Assembly: GCF_964204865.1 (NCBI RefSeq)
Contig: NC_135250.1
Span: 24,304,001 to 24,368,000, forward strand
Length of the DNA stretch: 64,000 nucleotides
Direction of reading: 5' to 3'
Origin: Styela clava
Lineage: Eukaryota
Position 1 is the first letter of the stretch. Each line of letters opens with the position of its first letter. Both the position numbers and the translations under genes were made by a program. The notes below the pieces were generated by a model that saw nothing but the letters and a program-made list of their open reading frames with translations, made no database searches and was not told the origin of the DNA. This document shows positions 60,601-64,000 of this stretch, in pieces.

Positions 60601-60908
60601 AACCAAGTATGGCCAAATAAGACTTGAATATAAATAGAAAACCGAACATAGCCTACAGAAGGTGGTCAAGTTTTATTTCGCAATAAGACGATACTAAATT
60701 TCATCAGACCGTTGCATTAAGTAACTCGATCGCACCTGTCACCCGAACGTTACGGGAACTAAACGTAATAGAATTCCAAAACGTTTTAAATTCCCAATGT
60801 GACGTCATAAATGCCAACAGTATTGGTGAAATTTCAGTCACAAAATGCTATATGCTCAACTAACACACGAGGAAATAAATCCATACGGAATTTCAATATA
60901 CTAAATCC

Positions 60909-61143
60909 GGCACTCCCGTAGTATGTGAGGCAAGATGGCGGACACCGGAATGTAGTATGTGTACCATGTTAGGGTTAGGCCATAATTTTAGGTACAAATA
61001 CTACGGGAGTCAGTTGGCTAGTCCCCTAACTCGTAATAGAACTAAAATAAGAAAAATTGGAATAAAATTATGTCCTAACCCTAACCTGGTACACATACTA
61101 TTTTCAGGTGTGCGCTATCTTGGTTCAAATACTTAGGAAGCAT
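60909..61143. mobile_element. Same family, palindromic copy just inside the LURAP1 intron
   Basis: CTCCCGTAGTATGTG.GGCAAGATGGCG...GTTAGGGTTAGG...ATACTACGGGAG...CCTAACCCTAACCTGGTACACATACTA...ATCTTGGTTCAAATACTT. Confidence 0.75.
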
Positions 61144-61205
61144 TAAATTCTGTACGATGACATACAATGGTAAATGCTGAAAAGATGGAATAAACTCAGA
61201 CTCAC

Positions 61206-61667
61206 CATTCCAAATAGAAGATGTTGTATTTTCGCTGAAAGTACGTCCTTGTTCTTTTTCTCTGGTTTGGGAAGAGTGTCACTATCCGACGATGAAGAGG
61301 ATGATAAGTCATTATTGTTTTTTGAATTATTATTGTTCAAGTTTTTCAGTCTTGAAGCGTTAAATTGAGATACACTCAATCTTTTTCTGATTATCTTTTT
61401 TCCGCTTTTTGTGACGTCATGATTTGCATTATTGTCCGTACAATTTGTGAAATGATTATTCACGTTTGGTTCTACGTTTTCGTCATTTAAAATACACTTT
61501 GGCATTTTTAAGCTGAGTTTACTGTCGACATGTACATAACTCGAAGCATCGAACGAATCGTCGGAGGCAGCACTGACACGACGCGACCCATAAGAGTCGC
61601 CGTCCTCCGCGTAATACGTAGCAGACATCCCTGTTACGGGTTCGCCGTCAAATGCTTCTTTCCACAT
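61206..61667 (-). CDS. LURAP1: LURAP1-family gene, coding exon 1 (MWKEAFDGE...LSAKIQHLLFGM, 154 aa)
   Basis: First in-frame ATG in AAAATG context at 61667. Ser-rich tract followed by LSAKIQHLLFGM (cf. LETKLHLLRQEM) and a phase-0 donor ATG|gtgagt at 61205, which joins in frame to 41506 and completes the LURAP motif. Intron 41507..61205 (19,699 bp). Confidence 0.78.
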
Positions 61668-64000
61668 TTTAGGCCACCAACTTTTTTTCGTTGCACAAAA
61701 CACTTCTTTGCTTTTTAGATAGTTGTTGTCAAAATCAATTCTGATACCAGTTCAAAAATCCACATCAAAATAAAGCTCTTGAGTCGATAATATGTTTAAT
61801 ATTTATGCACGTATATCTGAACATAAAAAAACCCTTTGAACTTCGGAATAATTGAATGCAGTAAAAAGCTACAATTAGAACGTCTGACTTTGTTGCCTAT
61901 AAAAAAGTTCTCTTCCAAGATACAAACCAAATATAAAACTGTAATTCTAACATGTATTTTCAAATTCCCTCGCTGGCGTCTAACACAATATGGAAACAAT
62001 ATTTAGAAGGGAGGAAACTGTCAGATATGATTTCCATAAGCTAAATACCATAAAATATCAACAATCTGTCAAACACAACTTAGTTAGCCAAACTAACAGC
62101 AGTACTCGATTGGAAATATGTCACGAAAACTCGACGACTACGACTCGCGAACCAAGTCGATGACAATAAGTCGTTTCGACGATTGAAATTTGAATCAGTG
62201 ACCCAGCGGGTTCTCTTCTATTCTCTTTAATTAATCCTCTCACTTTCATGCCTTTTTTCTATTCGCGCCTCCGAATCCTCTCTCTTAGTTTCTTATTGCA
62301 TTTCGCGCCTTCGCTAACCATTTGCTTTGTTTACATGTGACGCAACAATAGATTTACTCGAGTTCCAGATTGACTGATTCCTCCTTGGCGTGCGACAATA
62401 GATTTCGTTTTATGAAATGTACAATACTTATTGTAATTCTATTGACAATACGTTTACTACGTCGCACTTGTTAATAATGCCATTTCCTGTTAAACTAGGG
62501 CGCAATGTTCTGGGATCTATTTCCGTCGCAGTTACGTACAATAAAGTAAAGCATCTACCAGTCGGGGTTGCGTATGGCTAACTACCTTTCATTACTTATT
62601 GCCTTTGTGCAAGTGAATCCGTATGCATAGAATGCAAGAATGCTGTGGCAAGAATTATGATGACGTTCTATTTGATTCAAGAGTATTAATGCACCCTGAC
62701 ACAAATTTATTTCTGTAACGTTTCGTTCGACGTCAACTTTTACTTATTTGCATACTATCGCTTTTCTTAACATCGTTGAAATATTCTTGTCTGACCTGGG
62801 TGGGACGAAACTTTGCAGAAATATATTTGTGCAGCAAGACTCTTGGGTCAAATATAAAAATAGAGTATGTTAATGCACAAGCATACATTGATGATATTGT
62901 TGAACAACAATGACTTCCAATATTCGTCAAGTAGGCTTATTTAATCCCAAATTTCAAACTAGTTACAAATGTGGGCTATGCCTGCTGCGTCTATATCATT
63001 CTTCTTATTTACTGACCTATTACTGAAATATATAGGTATATATATAGCAACATGGTACATCCCCGATATTTTACCGTGTGAGCCTTTTCCAACTTTACAC
63101 CTTTATATAAGTGGCGTGTGATGGCTTATCAGTCGCTTAAAATTGGCGCCAAAAAGTACATTCAGTCTCATGTTCAATTCGATTTTACTATGACGAAACT
63201 TCTAACAAGTCTGGCACCGGTGATTTAAATGTACTTAACACGATTTAGCCAGCGCCATTGTGATTCACAATTTGGTGTCGCAAGTCTACTGCAGAAATGC
63301 AAATAACTGCTTGTTAAATTACTGTTGGTAGACGGGAACCATCGACATTTAATTGCGAGAAATCAATCCGCGCCGAAGTGCGAATTTGACATCATCAGAC
63401 TTCCTTTGATCCTGTCTATTGTCAAGTGCTCAATTAATTAACTCATTAATTAGCGTAAATGAAGGTTGGTAGCTGCGGGTGCCAGATGAGCAGTAAACAA
63501 ACAAAACGCTATCTGAGAGTGTCGCTGGCAAGGGGCCTGCTAAACTGTGCCTTTTATCAAGTTATAAGATATAGCCGCACTTGTTTCTCTGTTATTTCAC
63601 GTGAGGTTAGTTCTGTTCCTAAGCTTGACTGCCGGAATAGAAGATAACTGACGAATAGACTTCCTTGTGAAGGTAAACAAATGCTTCCTAAACAGAGACT
63701 CTTGGATAAACACTTGCTTCAGAGCTAAGGGTTCATCTAACGGATGTCGGCGTGCTTTGTCACTATAGCACCTACAGGAAGGGTTTGTGCAAATATGAAA
63801 ATAAGTCGGTGCGAATGAATTTATTCTGTTCTGTCCTAGATTTTTGATTGCAAGTCCAGATCTGGTAGCCTACCCTTATCGGAAAAACTTTAAAAAATTT
63901 TCTTCCTAATACATTGGCATCTATTCACCTGTGGTAAATTCATGTACATATTACAACCCAAATCCATAAAGTTGTCTTGGCAGAAGCAAAACTGTGATCG

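Noticed and set aside
60968-61086. Interstitial telomere
   Set aside because: Only about two TTAGGG units per site, embedded in a dispersed repeat family.

Overview
AT-rich animal genomic DNA with spliceosomal GT-AG introns, probably an ascidian/tunicate (inferred from the polyQ-less huntingtin N-terminus and the chordate-type TTC22 and LURAP1 homologues). Three protein-coding genes are well supported. (1) A full-length huntingtin (HTT) homologue is encoded by one uninterrupted 8,862-nt ORF (2,953 aa, minus strand), whereas known chordate HTT genes have about 60+ coding exons. (2) An 11-coding-exon TTC22 (588 aa, plus strand). (3) A two-coding-exon LURAP1/LRAP35-family gene (about 730 aa, minus strand, 19.7-kb intron), tail-to-tail with TTC22. 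The region upstream of HTT (10.6-18 kb) holds a pogo/Tc1-like non-autonomous element with a PHD-finger remnant and a hAT/Charlie remnant carrying a tRNA-derived SINE head. It also has a dense cluster of TACCGGTA/TACCGTA/TACGGTA words that look like transposon excision footprints; comparing two repeat copies shows one of them as an insertion at a TA. The palindrome TGACGTCA is strongly over-represented from 14 kb onward, including in exons, and I saw none in the HTT gene body. Several MITE-like and tandem repeats occur elsewhere. All homology calls are from my recognition of the sequences, not from a database search.
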